Origin: Bdellovibrionales bacterium
GTDB lineage: Bacteria > Bdellovibrionota > Bdellovibrionia > Bdellovibrionales > JAUICD01
Assembly: GCA_965262715.1 (NCBI GenBank)
Contig: OZ253553.1
Coordinates: 2,656,001-2,720,000 of the forward strand
Reading direction: 5' to 3'
Length of the DNA stretch: 64,000 nt
The notes under the pieces were generated by a model. That model made no database searches. It saw only the letters and a program-made list of their open reading frames with translations, and had not been told where the DNA came from. A program made the position numbers and the translations under genes. Shown here in pieces: positions 20,354 through 31,282 of this stretch (position 1 is the first letter of the stretch; every line of letters starts with the position of its first letter).

Positions 20354-20369
20354 TGGCCACATTCTTGCA
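20354..20369 (+). promoter_or_regulatory. Putative sigma-54 (-24/-12) promoter
   Basis: TGGCCACATTCTTGCA with GG-N10-GC spacing, upstream of the SpoIID-like pseudogene. Confidence 0.5.
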
Positions 20370-20437
20370 TTATTTTGAAAGTGAGATAGAAAAAAGTTTT
20401 GATTTTAATGAATATGATAAAGACAGATAGGTATGTG

Positions 20438-22054
20438 ATGAAGAAAAAGATATGTTTTAAAATTTTAATTATTGTCTCTTCGGGGTTATTTTTAACATAG
20501 CAAATGGTAGCTTGTGCACCAGCAAAAAATAGTCTTCCAGAAGATTCTAGAAGTCATGGTCGTTTAGATCCTGAAGCTCAAAAAAGACTTGCTAGTCCTG
20601 AAGAAACAGCTAAAGAACATAAAGATGAAATAAAAAAGTTACAAAATCAAATTAACAATCTTGAAGGTCAAACTGACGGAGAAAAATTAGGGAACGAATC
20701 TAATTAGTTTAAGGTGAAGCCTCCATTGTAAGGTTGTTTGCTAGAGAGTTTTGATATCTTGGAAAATCTAGTTTATGCGTTATAGCTTATAAGATATAAG
20801 ACGAAACTTTAAGAGCTTTATGGTTGCTTATTGAAGCCAGAGACATGTTGAGTAAGCCTCAAAGAAGCTTAAAATATCAACAGACTGTGGAAGGGGAATA
20901 TCAAATATGGCTTGAAGCACAGGAAGATGAAAGATTAGAAGCAGAGAGATTAGAGGCAGAAGCGCGAAGAGAGGAAAATGGAGAAAAAATCACTCATTGG
21001 AAAGGTTTATCTTTTGAACAAAGAGAAAATCGAAGAAGGTCAGACCAAAATATTACAGATCAAATTGCTTTACAAGAGTTACCCGACAACTTAAGAGAGC
21101 AGCTAGAAGATATTGAAAATAATGATTCCCTGGTTCGAAATCGGTTAGCCAGAACAGAGCTTAATAGGCGGATGAATATGAGTTATGAGGAAAGATCAAG
21201 GTTATAGAGATTTGGAAGATTGTTTGATACTTGGCGTTTATCAGAAGAATTGCAACGTGAGGTTAAGCAATTACTTGAAAGTGACAAAGAAACTAGAGAT
21301 ACGAGAAGAAAAGCCGGTCAATGGGCAGCGGCAAAAGCCAGGGAAAAACGCCTACAATCTGCTGAACAGAATATTCAAGACCAAAGCATAGTTAATTATC
21401 ACAGAGCGAAGAAGCAGTGATCGTCGTAGTGAATGGAGTTTGATCAATGAAGTTCCTGTAGAGTGGTACATGCGCTCAGTGGTAGGCAGTGAAGTACCAC
21501 GTAGTTATACGATCAATGCCCATTTGGCTCAGACAGTGGCAGCAAGATCCTATTTTTTTAACAAAGCTTTAGAAGATCGAGGTGTACAGGCAAGAGGTTG
21601 GGATATTGACCCTACCCAATGCAATCAGGTTTACAGAGGTGTTGAGCAAGAACGCCAAAAGGGTGATTTAGCGGTTTCAGAGACAGCAGGCTTGGTTTTA
21701 ACTTATAATAACCGTTTAGCTCAAGCACAATACTATGCGTGCGGCCGTATGACTACTAAGGATGGAACTACAAGAAATAAAAATCCTCTTGAGAAGCCTA
21801 GGAATATTCCAAGTAATATTACTTGTTCAATTTTTCCTGAGAGAATTATAGATAAGCATGGATATGGAATGCCTCAATACGTTGCCAATGAGTTAACGAA
21901 AAAAGGATGGGAAAATACCAACGATAATGCTCCAACAGAAGGCGCTAGAGTGCCTGAAGATATTCATAAGCCGTGGGAATGGAGAGATGTTCTTTATTAC
22001 TTTTATAGAGGAGAGCATCCAAATGTGGAAATACAAGATTTTCGTAATATTTAG
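20438..22054 (+). pseudogene. Fragmented SpoIID/LytB-domain lipoprotein
   Basis: Signal peptide interrupted by TAG at 20498 before lipobox MVAC; several broken coiled-coil fragments; the last ORF has INEVPVEWYMRSVVGSEVP, AQTVAARSY, NQVYRG and HGYGMPQ. Confidence 0.75.
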
Positions 22055-22185
22055 ATTAGAATGTTTATTTTAAACTTGTTGTAAATATAAATAATTCATG
22101 TACTTGCATAAATATTAATTTTCCAATATAATAAACCTCACCTAAAAATCATATAACTGTATTTCAGCCAAAAAGGTCGTTAAAC

Positions 22186-23037
22186 ATGCAAGGACCAACA
22201 GGTCAATCAAAAAATTCTCCTTTGCCTGAGTCTTTTTTTGTAGCACTTGATATAGAAACAACTGGTTCATATCCTGTAAAATGGGAAACTTGTGAAATTG
22301 CAGGGGTGAAATGGAAAGATGGTCAAATTGTAGATGAGTTTTCTCAATTAGTGCGTCCGAGAGGGCCCATGCACCCTATTGCATATCAAATTCATGGTAT
22401 TTCTGCATCTGCATTAGATCATCAACCTTATATTGAGGAAGTTTTACCTGAGTTTTTAAACTTTATTGAAGATGCAGCTCTCATTGCGCATCATGCCCCT
22501 TTTGATATAGGTTTTTTATCTTATGATATTGAAGAGAGATGTGGATTGCCGCTTCCTACAAACAAAATTATATGCACCTCTCTTTTATCTCAAAAACTTT
22601 TCCCCCAAAGTTCTAATTATAAATTAAAAACACTCATGGAATATTTAAAACTAGAACAGCCAAAACCTTATCATAGGTCTTTGAACGACGCAAAAGCTTG
22701 TTTATTATTAGCTTTAGAATGTTTTAAAAAAGTTCAGCCTTTAACAATGGATTTGATGGAATCTCTGATGGGAGTTTCATTAAAATGGCCGTATTTTTCT
22801 TTAAAGCAGCTTGAAGCAAAATCAGATATGAAAGTTTTAATCGAAGCTATTTTAGATAAAAAGCAAATAAGCATTATATACCATAGAGGCTCGAGACCAG
22901 GAGCTTCTCGCACAATCCTTCCTATAGGGCTTGTCAGAAATCCTACAGGGGATTTTTTGGTAGCTGAAGATCAATCGTATAATAAATCTAAAAGGTTTTA
23001 CCTGAATTTTGTGACAGATATACGCTTAATTCATTAA
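22186..23037 (+). CDS. DEDDh (DnaQ-like) 3'-5' exonuclease with C-terminal WYL domain
   Basis: ALDIETTG, HHAPFD and HRSLND; tail ISIIY...RTILPIGL...KRFYL. Confidence 0.85.
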   Translation: MQGPTGQSKNSPLPESFFVALDIETTGSYPVKWETCEIAGVKWKDGQIVDEFSQLVRPRGPMHPIAYQIHGISASALDHQPYIEEVLPEFLNFIEDAALIAHHAPFDIGFLSYDIEERCGLPLPTNKIICTSLLSQKLFPQSSNYKLKTLMEYLKLEQPKPYHRSLNDAKACLLLALECFKKVQPLTMDLMESLMGVSLKWPYFSLKQLEAKSDMKVLIEAILDKKQISIIYHRGSRPGASRTILPIGLVRNPTGDFLVAEDQSYNKSKRFYLNFVTDIRLIH

Positions 23038-23085
23038 AAAGACAAATATTAACTGCCTTTCCAATCAGAGTTACGAAATAATTAC

Positions 23086-24519
23086 TTGTTTATAAAAAAC
23101 AATAGAGATTATGATAAGATAATGAAAAACACTCCAAGTGAAAGAATACATCTCAAACTAGATCCTTTCTCTAACTTTGGCTTAAGTCATACTCAAAGAC
23201 ATTCTTTATTAGTCTTTTTAAAAAATATTGTAGGTAGTGGTATTCCTTTTCTGCTTGTGCTTTATTTGGCCTCTTCCACAGTAAATGTGACTGCGGCAAT
23301 GGTTCTGGGTTACTTAATAGCTTCTCTTACATTTATTTATATTCTTTTAGACCGCTTTGAAAAAACACAAGAGGTACCATTATTCTATATAGGAGGAGAT
23401 ATTTGGCTTTTTATATTGCTGATTGTTGCAGCCTTAGGATTGCTTATTAATGCTTCAGAGGTTAGTTTTGGAAAGCACTTTTTGGAATTACATTGGATAC
23501 TATTACTTTACACTTTTACTTATGCTTTTTACTTGTTTCCAGGAATTAAACGGTTTTTTCATATTATTACCATTTTTGGCATAGTTATCTCTACCTATGG
23601 TATCATACAACATTTTTTTGGAATTGATATTTTATATCAGATAGGGCTAACATCTCAGTCAGCTACTTACTTAGGACCTCCATTGAGAATTAATAATTAT
23701 TTAAACTTTCCTACTGAAGGTTATTATCAGGTTAGAGGTTTCTTTCAGAGTCATGTTGATTATGGGATATTTTTTAATATGGTCCTCTGTTTTCCTATTG
23801 CTGGGCTTTTCTTACTCAAAAATATAAGCTTAGGTTATCGAATTTTTTTAATGCTTACATCTGCTTTAATACTCTTAAGTGTATTATGGACTTATGACAA
23901 AGGTGTGTGGACTTCTACTATTGTAAGCTTGCTGGTTATGTCAGGATTTGTTAGCCGCAAAGTTTTTATAAAAACACTTTTAATCATTTCATTTGTATTT
24001 GGGATGTTTTATTATTTTGATAGCACCTTTCAAAAACAGAATATTGTTCTTGATAAACACTATCATAATGAAGAGACTAGGATGGACATTTGGAAAGCCA
24101 ACTTAGCAATGTTTCTTGATCATCCATGGATAGGCTTAGGACTTAAACAAGATGAAGTGTATATCAGACAATATTATCAAAAACTAAATATTGATAACTG
24201 GGAAGTCGATCATGCTAATAATACCTATATTTATTGGTTATCAACAACAGGCTCTTTAGGATTTATATCTTATATGCTATTTATATTGACTTTTTTATTA
24301 ATGACAGGACGTATTTGGATTGAAGTTCCTGCGTCTAATACATGGCATAAGGTTTTTATACTTGCTTTATTAGGTGTTCAGATCGTTATGCATGTGGGAG
24401 GATTAGCATATTGGAATATAAGATCAGCACAGTACTTCTTTGTTTTTTCTTTAGCAATGATAGCTTATATTTATAAGAAATACAATGAAGCTACTGTTTT
24501 TGATGATTATTGTCTTTAA
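23086..24519 (+). CDS. O-antigen ligase (Wzy_C) family membrane protein
   Basis: Multiple TM segments; RMDIWKANLAMFLDHPWIGLG and HANNTY...TG..G motifs. Confidence 0.85.
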   Translation: MFIKNNRDYDKIMKNTPSERIHLKLDPFSNFGLSHTQRHSLLVFLKNIVGSGIPFLLVLYLASSTVNVTAAMVLGYLIASLTFIYILLDRFEKTQEVPLFYIGGDIWLFILLIVAALGLLINASEVSFGKHFLELHWILLLYTFTYAFYLFPGIKRFFHIITIFGIVISTYGIIQHFFGIDILYQIGLTSQSATYLGPPLRINNYLNFPTEGYYQVRGFFQSHVDYGIFFNMVLCFPIAGLFLLKNISLGYRIFLMLTSALILLSVLWTYDKGVWTSTIVSLLVMSGFVSRKVFIKTLLIISFVFGMFYYFDSTFQKQNIVLDKHYHNEETRMDIWKANLAMFLDHPWIGLGLKQDEVYIRQYYQKLNIDNWEVDHANNTYIYWLSTTGSLGFISYMLFILTFLLMTGRIWIEVPASNTWHKVFILALLGVQIVMHVGGLAYWNIRSAQYFFVFSLAMIAYIYKKYNEATVFDDYCL

Positions 24520-24551
24520 AAGCTTGGGTCTTTGTCTGCTCAACTAGCAGA

Positions 24552-25316
24552 TCAAATTTTGAAAAATAAATCTAGTGATAGTGAAATGTCAAAACTTCTA
24601 TGAATTTGACGATTGTTGAAAGATGTAAGGTTGCTACCAAAACCACCACCACCAAGACTTTGGCAATCAACTTGTGCTCCCTGTGTACATATGATCTCAC
24701 TAAATAAAAAAGTTCTTGCTTGCACACTTGGTCCTATACCGATCATATCACTAAAGAAATATACATATCCAAGTTGAATAATAGCCCCCATACCTTTATT
24801 TAAGCTAAGATCTAAAACCTCGCTCCGATTTATACCACTATTTATTGGGTTATAATTAATTCTATTAGATTCGAAATCTTGTCTTAGGCTGTGTTGGCCA
24901 GTTACAAAGAATAGATAAGTTGCATTAACATACCAACCTGAATGCATATATCCAAAGGTAACGCCTAGTCCAGATGTGTTTATATGTATGTAGTTATTAA
25001 TTTTTATAAAGTTCATGTCGTAAGTAACTCCAGCAAAAAAGCCAGCATCAAATTTAAAATAAATACCTAGATTACCAATTATACTAAGTGAACGAGCTGT
25101 AGGGTTTTGTAAGTCATTACCAGAAAAGTTACCATCTTGATAGCTTCTATATTCTAAAAAGTCGTTTTTATGGCTAATATGGGAAATTCCAAATGAAGGT
25201 TTAATAAGGATAGCACTATGTGCTAAATGTCCTAGATTTAAAATACAAAATATGAGTATTATAAATAATGACTTTTTTTCTATGAGGGCTTTGAACTTTA
25301 TAGACTGATATTTCAT
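24552..25316 (-). CDS. Hypothetical outer-membrane beta-barrel protein
   Basis: Signal peptide, amphipathic G/Y/F-rich strands and an aromatic-rich C-terminus. Confidence 0.6.
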   Translation of the reverse strand: MKYQSIKFKALIEKKSLFIILIFCILNLGHLAHSAILIKPSFGISHISHKNDFLEYRSYQDGNFSGNDLQNPTARSLSIIGNLGIYFKFDAGFFAGVTYDMNFIKINNYIHINTSGLGVTFGYMHSGWYVNATYLFFVTGQHSLRQDFESNRINYNPINSGINRSEVLDLSLNKGMGAIIQLGYVYFFSDMIGIGPSVQARTFLFSEIICTQGAQVDCQSLGGGGFGSNLTSFNNRQIHRSFDISLSLDLFFKI

Positions 25317-25589
25317 AGAGAACTCTCTTTTCTTGTTGTTATTTATAGGTTTTCAATAAACAAAAAAACTGTCAAGTCTATATTATGTCATCCTTAAGTG
25401 CAGTACACAATGTTTCTAATTTATCTAGAAGTTGTCTTATGACTTAAGTTTCTCGGCAAATGGACAGTTAGAGTCATTGGTTCGTATATCATTATTCAAA
25501 GTAATTTAAGAAGACATATACTAAAGAATTGAAGTTTGTTTTAGAAATACAATGAATTACCACTAATGACCTTTGGCAAGCTTCTTTTT

Positions 25590-25854
25590 CACTAAAATGC
25601 ATCTGACCTCTTGAGGCGAGCCTCTCGAGGCGAGCCTCTGGTCACTTTCTGGCAGTAAACCCGACGGCTCTTACGGTCGTCGGCAAACAGCTTACTGCCT
25701 AGAAAGTCTAATGCATTTTAGTAGGGAGGATCTCCTTATTTCTTAACACAATGTTAGGGAAATTTTATCCTTGCCATCAGGTCATTGTCTAGAAAACCTG
25801 TTCATTTTTAGGAAGGAGATATCTTTCGTCTTTTTACACCATGTTAAGGGAAAT
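25590..25854 (-). repeat. Dispersed structured repeat: one full unit plus one partial unit
   Basis: Outer stem ACTAAAATGCAT/ATGCATTTTAGT; inner stem CTTTCT-A-GGCAGTAAGC/GTTTACTGCC-AGAAAG; the partial unit overlaps the thiQ stop codon. Confidence 0.85.
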
Positions 25855-26503
25855 TTTTTATTTCTTTATTATCCACTACTTGACCTTCTGAGAGTGTAAT
25901 AATTTGATTGGCAACTTGATCAATGTCCTTTTTATTATGTGTTACCATAATGACAGGAATATCAAAATCCATTGCTACTTTTTTGATCAAAGATCTAGCT
26001 GCATCATGCCTTTTCTCATCTAAAGAACTAAATGGCTCATCTAATAATAGGACTTTGGGCTGGCTCATGAGGGCATTTGCTATAGCTAACCTTTGCCTCT
26101 CTCCACCAGATAAATGTAAGGCTCTTTGCTTTAATAAATGAGTCATATCTAAGGTATTTTCTAGATGATTAAAAATATTTTTTAGCTGTTCTTTTGACTT
26201 ATGGCGAGGTTTTCCTGCAAATCTCATGTTCTCCTCTACAGTCATGTGAGGAAATATGTCGCTATCTTGAAAAACAAAACCCAATTGCCTCTTCTCAGAA
26301 GGTAGTATCGCTAAATCCTCTCCTCTAAAATTCCAAAAAAAAGAAGGACACTTTTGAAGACCTAGCAAAACTCTTAGAAAAGTGGTCTTACCACTACCAC
26401 TTGGGCCTACAATGGCGGTAATACCTTTGTCAGATAAGGATAGCTTAGATATATCTAATTTAAAATGACCAAAGTCTACGAAAATATTTTTAATTAACGA
26501 CAT
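25844..26503 (-). CDS. thiQ: ABC transporter ATP-binding subunit (thiamine-type)
   Basis: GPSGSGKTT, LSGGERQR and LLLDEPF motifs; operonic with thiP/thiB-like genes. Confidence 0.75.
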   Translation of the reverse strand: MSLIKNIFVDFGHFKLDISKLSLSDKGITAIVGPSGSGKTTFLRVLLGLQKCPSFFWNFRGEDLAILPSEKRQLGFVFQDSDIFPHMTVEENMRFAGKPRHKSKEQLKNIFNHLENTLDMTHLLKQRALHLSGGERQRLAIANALMSQPKVLLLDEPFSSLDEKRHDAARSLIKKVAMDFDIPVIMVTHNKKDIDQVANQIITLSEGQVVDNKEIKNFP

Positions 26504-27965
26504 AAGAACTTCTTTTTACTTTATTTACAATAAAAAAACAAAACCACATCAAAAATCCAGATAATAACATAAATAAAAGAACCCAAGCAGCTCCTGTAAA
26601 CCTATAACTGGATATCATACTATTAAGTAATAATCCCAATGTTGAACTACTATCTTTAAAAATCATTAAGGATAATGCAAAGTCGCCAGCAGCCCAAAAG
26701 GCAGCAAGCCCAGCTAAATGAAAGGCTAAAGATTTTGATTGAGGCCAGGTGACATGTAAAAAAATAGACCAAGATCCATGCCCCATTAATCTTGCAAGTT
26801 GTCTTTGCGAAGCTAATCTAAAAATTTCTCCTGACCATTTCCAACGATATAGTCCTCCTAAGAACAAAAGCGATAACCCTAATGAAGTCAAAAAAGAGGC
26901 TTGTACTAATGATCTTAGTTCCCATTGCCAGTAATAAGATAAGAACAAAAGTGAGAACCCCATTACAGCTGTACTTGGCATCATAAAAAGCAAATAAAAT
27001 TTATCTAAAAATGCACTAGGGCCTACAAAAGCGATAAGGCTTAGAAAAAATAAAATCACACACCCAGTTAAAAAGCTGATAAAAAGAGTTCCTCCAAATG
27101 ATTTTAATAACAATAAAGGGTTAGATAAAATGACAATAAAAGAAGACCATCCAGCAATAAGATCTACAAAACATGAAGAAAGTAATACGAACGTGATGAT
27201 AACAGGTAAACAGATAAGCCATTTAGAGCCTATATTTTGGTAATCCCATGTTGGTTTTTTCTCTTTGATACAAGGAATAAAATAAATAAAGAAAAGAAGA
27301 ATAAATATTTGATAAAAAGAAAGAAGCGCTGCTGAAGTTAGATTACCTTCAAAGCGAATCAATTCATAAATAGCCATCTCTGTTGTTACCCATTTGCCCC
27401 CACCTAAAAGTAAAGGAATAGAAAAAGAACCCAGACAAAAACAAAATAGAGTTAAAAAAATTGTAAATAGATCTCTTTTAATATTTGGGAGTAACACATG
27501 AAAAATAATATCTTTTTGAGAATGTCCAAAAATTCTTGCAAGAATTATTTGGGATCCACAGCTTTCTTTAAAGGTACGAGCAAGCATGATGGATACAAGG
27601 CCTGAATATATCACTACATGAGCTATTACAATACCAGATAGTCCATAAGGAAAATCAAAAGGGAGTAAAGAAAAAACTGTTAAAATAGAAAAAATCACAA
27701 ATAAAGATGGAAAAAAGCTTGGAAGTAAAATAAATATTTCTAAAAAGGGTTTATTCTTATACTTTATTAACCCTAAAGCTCCAAAAATACCAATAAAAAG
27801 ACAAGTCAAAGCACTCCAAAATGCTTGAACAAAGTTCCTATAAAAAACTATTAACGGAAAATGAGGTAGAGTTAAACTTTCAAAGTGATTGATGCTACCA
27901 AAAAACACAATGAGATATGGTAATAATAAAATCAATACTAAGAATATTTTAATCAATACTTTCAT
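26490..27965 (-). CDS. thiP: ABC transporter permease with two TM modules (ThiP-like)
   Basis: Very hydrophobic; duplicated EAA-like loops; FSIPLLLGGG..TTEMAIY motif. Confidence 0.75.
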   Translation of the reverse strand: MKVLIKIFLVLILLLPYLIVFFGSINHFESLTLPHFPLIVFYRNFVQAFWSALTCLFIGIFGALGLIKYKNKPFLEIFILLPSFFPSLFVIFSILTVFSLLPFDFPYGLSGIVIAHVVIYSGLVSIMLARTFKESCGSQIILARIFGHSQKDIIFHVLLPNIKRDLFTIFLTLFCFCLGSFSIPLLLGGGKWVTTEMAIYELIRFEGNLTSAALLSFYQIFILLFFIYFIPCIKEKKPTWDYQNIGSKWLICLPVIITFVLLSSCFVDLIAGWSSFIVILSNPLLLLKSFGGTLFISFLTGCVILFFLSLIAFVGPSAFLDKFYLLFMMPSTAVMGFSLLFLSYYWQWELRSLVQASFLTSLGLSLLFLGGLYRWKWSGEIFRLASQRQLARLMGHGSWSIFLHVTWPQSKSLAFHLAGLAAFWAAGDFALSLMIFKDSSSTLGLLLNSMISSYRFTGAAWVLLFMLLSGFLMWFCFFIVNKVKRSSYVVN

Positions 27966-27981
27966 TATGATAGAAAATTCC

Positions 27982-29055
27982 TTATTGGAATTGCTTCCAG
28001 TATCGAAGATAAGCTTTTTCCTCTTTTCGAAGAGAGTGATTCTTAGTCAGGGATATCTTTGGTAATTTTTCGAAAACTGTTTTTTCTTCTACAGATTCAA
28101 TAATAGGAAACATATAGTTTTTTGTCATAATTAACTTTTGAACCTCTTTGTGATGTAGAAACTTTACAAACTTTATTGCAACTTCTAGACGAGGACTATT
28201 TGCAACAACTCCTGCAAACTCGATTTGATAAGGATGACCTTTATCAAAACTCATGACTTGAAGTTCTGTGTCATTTTCTTCTATCCAGTGGTAAGCAAGA
28301 GATGTAAGGTAAGAAAAAGCTGTATGAGTTTGTTTCTTTGTAAATAAACCATAAGCTGCGCTCCATGAAGGAGAGATAAAATAGGCTTTTTTGATAAATT
28401 GGTGAAGTGTTTCCTCTCCAAACTGATGAATAATCCAAACCAAAAATTGAAAACCAGGAGAGCTGCTCCTAGGATCCATTAAAGAGTATTTCATATTAGA
28501 TGTGAAAATATCTTGAGGTGTTTTAAAGAATGTTTGTTTTTGAATATCTTCTTTCTGTCTGTAAATAAAGGTAAAGGGAGACCAATTATAAGGTACAAAG
28601 ACATTAAATGGGGTAATATCTTCTTTAGATAAATGTGTTTCACGTAGTCTTTTAGAAAGCTTGATATCTTCACTAAGTGGAGTCTCTTTCCATTTTAGAA
28701 GTTGATAAGCTTGCTTAAGAGAAAATTGATCAAGTCCTAAAACAACATCTGCATCAACACTATTTTTTATTTTTAATTCAGTTTTTAATCTTTGTACAAG
28801 CATTCTTGCATCGCCAATGTTCTCAAAATGAACGTCGCAATGAGTTTCTTCTTTGAAAAGCTTTTTTAGATCAGTGCCAGGACCTGTTGGACTGGCAAAT
28901 GAAGAATAAGTGTAGACATAAACTTCACATAAAATCTCTTGAGTTATCTTTGAAGTTATAAAATTGTAAATAATAAATGAAAATAATAGAAATACAACAG
29001 TAGTTAAAGCAATGATGTTTTTGAAGGTACAATAGGTTCTCATATATTTTACCAA
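27982..29055 (-). CDS. thiB: Thiamine ABC transporter substrate-binding protein
   Basis: VYTYSSF...GPG, ADVVLGLD, DPRSSSPG, WSAAYGLF and SYLTS.AYH motifs. Confidence 0.85.
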   Translation of the reverse strand: MVKYMRTYCTFKNIIALTTVVFLLFSFIIYNFITSKITQEILCEVYVYTYSSFASPTGPGTDLKKLFKEETHCDVHFENIGDARMLVQRLKTELKIKNSVDADVVLGLDQFSLKQAYQLLKWKETPLSEDIKLSKRLRETHLSKEDITPFNVFVPYNWSPFTFIYRQKEDIQKQTFFKTPQDIFTSNMKYSLMDPRSSSPGFQFLVWIIHQFGEETLHQFIKKAYFISPSWSAAYGLFTKKQTHTAFSYLTSLAYHWIEENDTELQVMSFDKGHPYQIEFAGVVANSPRLEVAIKFVKFLHHKEVQKLIMTKNYMFPIIESVEEKTVFEKLPKISLTKNHSLRKEEKAYLRYWKQFQ

Positions 29056-29269
29056 ATGTGCTATTGATGCTTTTAGACAGAGTGATAGAATAGAGTATGT
29101 TATATATATAAGTATTTTATTTGATAGTCAAACCTCACTTATTTTCGAAGTTATAATAGAATAAACCAATACTTGCCTATTACAGTGTAATATTTATTTG
29201 CTTTTATTTGACTTATATCAAAAGTTCAAATATGAGATATATTGTTAAAACTGATGAGATATTAATAAG

Positions 29270-30949
29270 ATGTTCAAGGCATTATTGTTGTTTTTATTTG
29301 TATTTGGAGCTTCAACTTCCAAGGTTCACGGGATATCTAAAAAAGAAGATAGAGAATGTGCTATTGCACTTGTAAAGGCTGGAGAAATTGAGCCTTCTAG
29401 TAGGCAAGAACATTCTCCTAGTAATGATGAACTGAATGGAGATAATGCGAGTACTTTTAGATATTTCTGGCATAAAAATTCTACTAATATTTCTGTTTTG
29501 AAAACCTTTGCAGATAAAATACATATTATGAAAAGTCATGATGATGCCCTTCATATATATGCAAATCAATTGTTAATAACCGCTATTTTCTCATTTATGT
29601 TAAAAATGAAAGAACTCATAGAGGCAGGTACTATAGATATTGATATATTACCTGATTATATTAAAGAGACTATCTCTTCACTTGATGAATTTTCTCCTGT
29701 TGAAATGTTTATACGTGCTCATGTTATAAATAAAACTGCTGAGCAATTAGAAATCTCTGGTAAAATTGATTTTAAGTATCATGAACTTCGAAGTATGAAT
29801 GGAATAGAAGAAATAGCATTTCAGAATGAAAATAGTTATTTTAAAGAAGATGAAAAAAGCATGAGAGGTAAAAGATATAGTAGGTTTTATATTGCCGGTC
29901 TTGATCATGTTAGTGAAAGTCTAAACTTAGCTCAATCCCTATATTCAAGAGCTATAAGTTCAAGATCTATGAACCCTTACACTACACATATTCCAGAATT
30001 TGCAGCGTTGATTGATTCACATATAGCTTTTATTGAAGTGAGTATTGGGACTCAAAGGTCTTCTAGTAAGGCAGATAGACTAAGATTATTAAGTTTGTTG
30101 AAAGAAGAAGCAAACAAGCGTCGATATTTGAAAATCGTTACTTACTTCTGGTGGTTTAATTTTAATTTACGTCTTGCTATTCTTGTCACTCCTTCAGAGG
30201 AAAGAGATAGAGGTCATATCTTTTTTTCTGAGAGCATTGGAAGATTAATAGCTAATGATCAGCTAGAAGCTTTATATCTTGAAGCTATGTATAAATATTC
30301 CAGCCATGTAGAATCTGATAAGAATGATAGTTTATATACTCTACCTGAATTAATGGAATCTATTTGTAAAATATTTGATGAGTTTCCAAAAAGAATTCTA
30401 ATCCCTACAATAAGCAAATTGGGAATTATTTCTCTTAGCAAGACTGATGGAACTAAAGTGCAATTGATTCGCTTAAGAGATAAACCTATTAATGTTAATG
30501 GTATACTTATGTATCCTGATGAGCTTTTTATTGATGATATAAAGTTCGATAGTTCAAATAAGGAAACTGGCAGCACCGTACATGTTTTTGATTCTTATTT
30601 TAAGAAAAAATTAGGAACACTTAAGAAACCTGATAGACAGGCAGCTGAATATATTTATTTTAAGCTGACTCGTGAACATTTTAACTTTGTAACCATAATA
30701 AACCTCAAAGATACCATAGAAGAGGGTGACGATGAATATATCAATCTCTTAAGCTTTATTCCAAGTCGTTTAAACCGGACGCCTAATGATGTTAGGGAAT
30801 TTATAAATAGAGGTGAAAGAGTTATTATTAGACTGGTTTCAGAAATAGTCGAAGAACTTGATATAATTGACAAGTCTTCCCTGTCCGGCTTATCTGAAGA
30901 ACAAGTAACAAGGTTATACTATCTAATGATAGATTATTTTCTTAAATAG
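29270..30949 (+). CDS. Secreted hypothetical protein, paralog family member 1
   Basis: Signal peptide; shares GLDH, HIPEFA.LID.HI.FIE, VTY.WWFNFNLRL and FP.RI.IPTI blocks with the ORFs at 31283 and 34457. Confidence 0.8.
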   Translation: MFKALLLFLFVFGASTSKVHGISKKEDRECAIALVKAGEIEPSSRQEHSPSNDELNGDNASTFRYFWHKNSTNISVLKTFADKIHIMKSHDDALHIYANQLLITAIFSFMLKMKELIEAGTIDIDILPDYIKETISSLDEFSPVEMFIRAHVINKTAEQLEISGKIDFKYHELRSMNGIEEIAFQNENSYFKEDEKSMRGKRYSRFYIAGLDHVSESLNLAQSLYSRAISSRSMNPYTTHIPEFAALIDSHIAFIEVSIGTQRSSSKADRLRLLSLLKEEANKRRYLKIVTYFWWFNFNLRLAILVTPSEERDRGHIFFSESIGRLIANDQLEALYLEAMYKYSSHVESDKNDSLYTLPELMESICKIFDEFPKRILIPTISKLGIISLSKTDGTKVQLIRLRDKPINVNGILMYPDELFIDDIKFDSSNKETGSTVHVFDSYFKKKLGTLKKPDRQAAEYIYFKLTREHFNFVTIINLKDTIEEGDDEYINLLSFIPSRLNRTPNDVREFINRGERVIIRLVSEIVEELDIIDKSSLSGLSEEQVTRLYYLMIDYFLK

Positions 30950-31044
30950 AAATGGCCTTGTTGCACAAATCTCATCTTAAATCTTTATGCAACATATATG
31001 GATATGGATCCGTCTGTTAAGCAAGCAAAAAATGTAACATGTTA

Positions 31045-31200
31045 TAAGATAATGAAGATATCCTCTCTACTAAAATGCATCAGGCTTTCTAGGCAGTCAG
31101 CATTTTCTTGAAGGGGAGGTAGTAAATAGAAACTTTACTTAACATTGTGTTAAACAATGAGAGGAATCTTCTTCCTAAAAATAGACAGGTTCTTTAGGGA
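31045..31200 (+). repeat. Two partial units of the dispersed structured repeat
   Basis: TAACATGTTATAAG...CTACTAAAATGCATCAGGCTTTCTAGGCAGTCAGC and CTTAACATTGTGTTAAACAATGAG...CTAAAAAT. Confidence 0.75.
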
Positions 31201-31282
31201 AACAATTTATTAGGATTTTCCTTGACTAATATCAGAAACTATTATATAAAGTATTTCCTTTAAAGTAATAGAAAGACATTAA

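Noticed and set aside
29056..29269. TPP riboswitch upstream of the thiamine transporter
   Set aside because: AT-rich region with no recognisable TPP aptamer core
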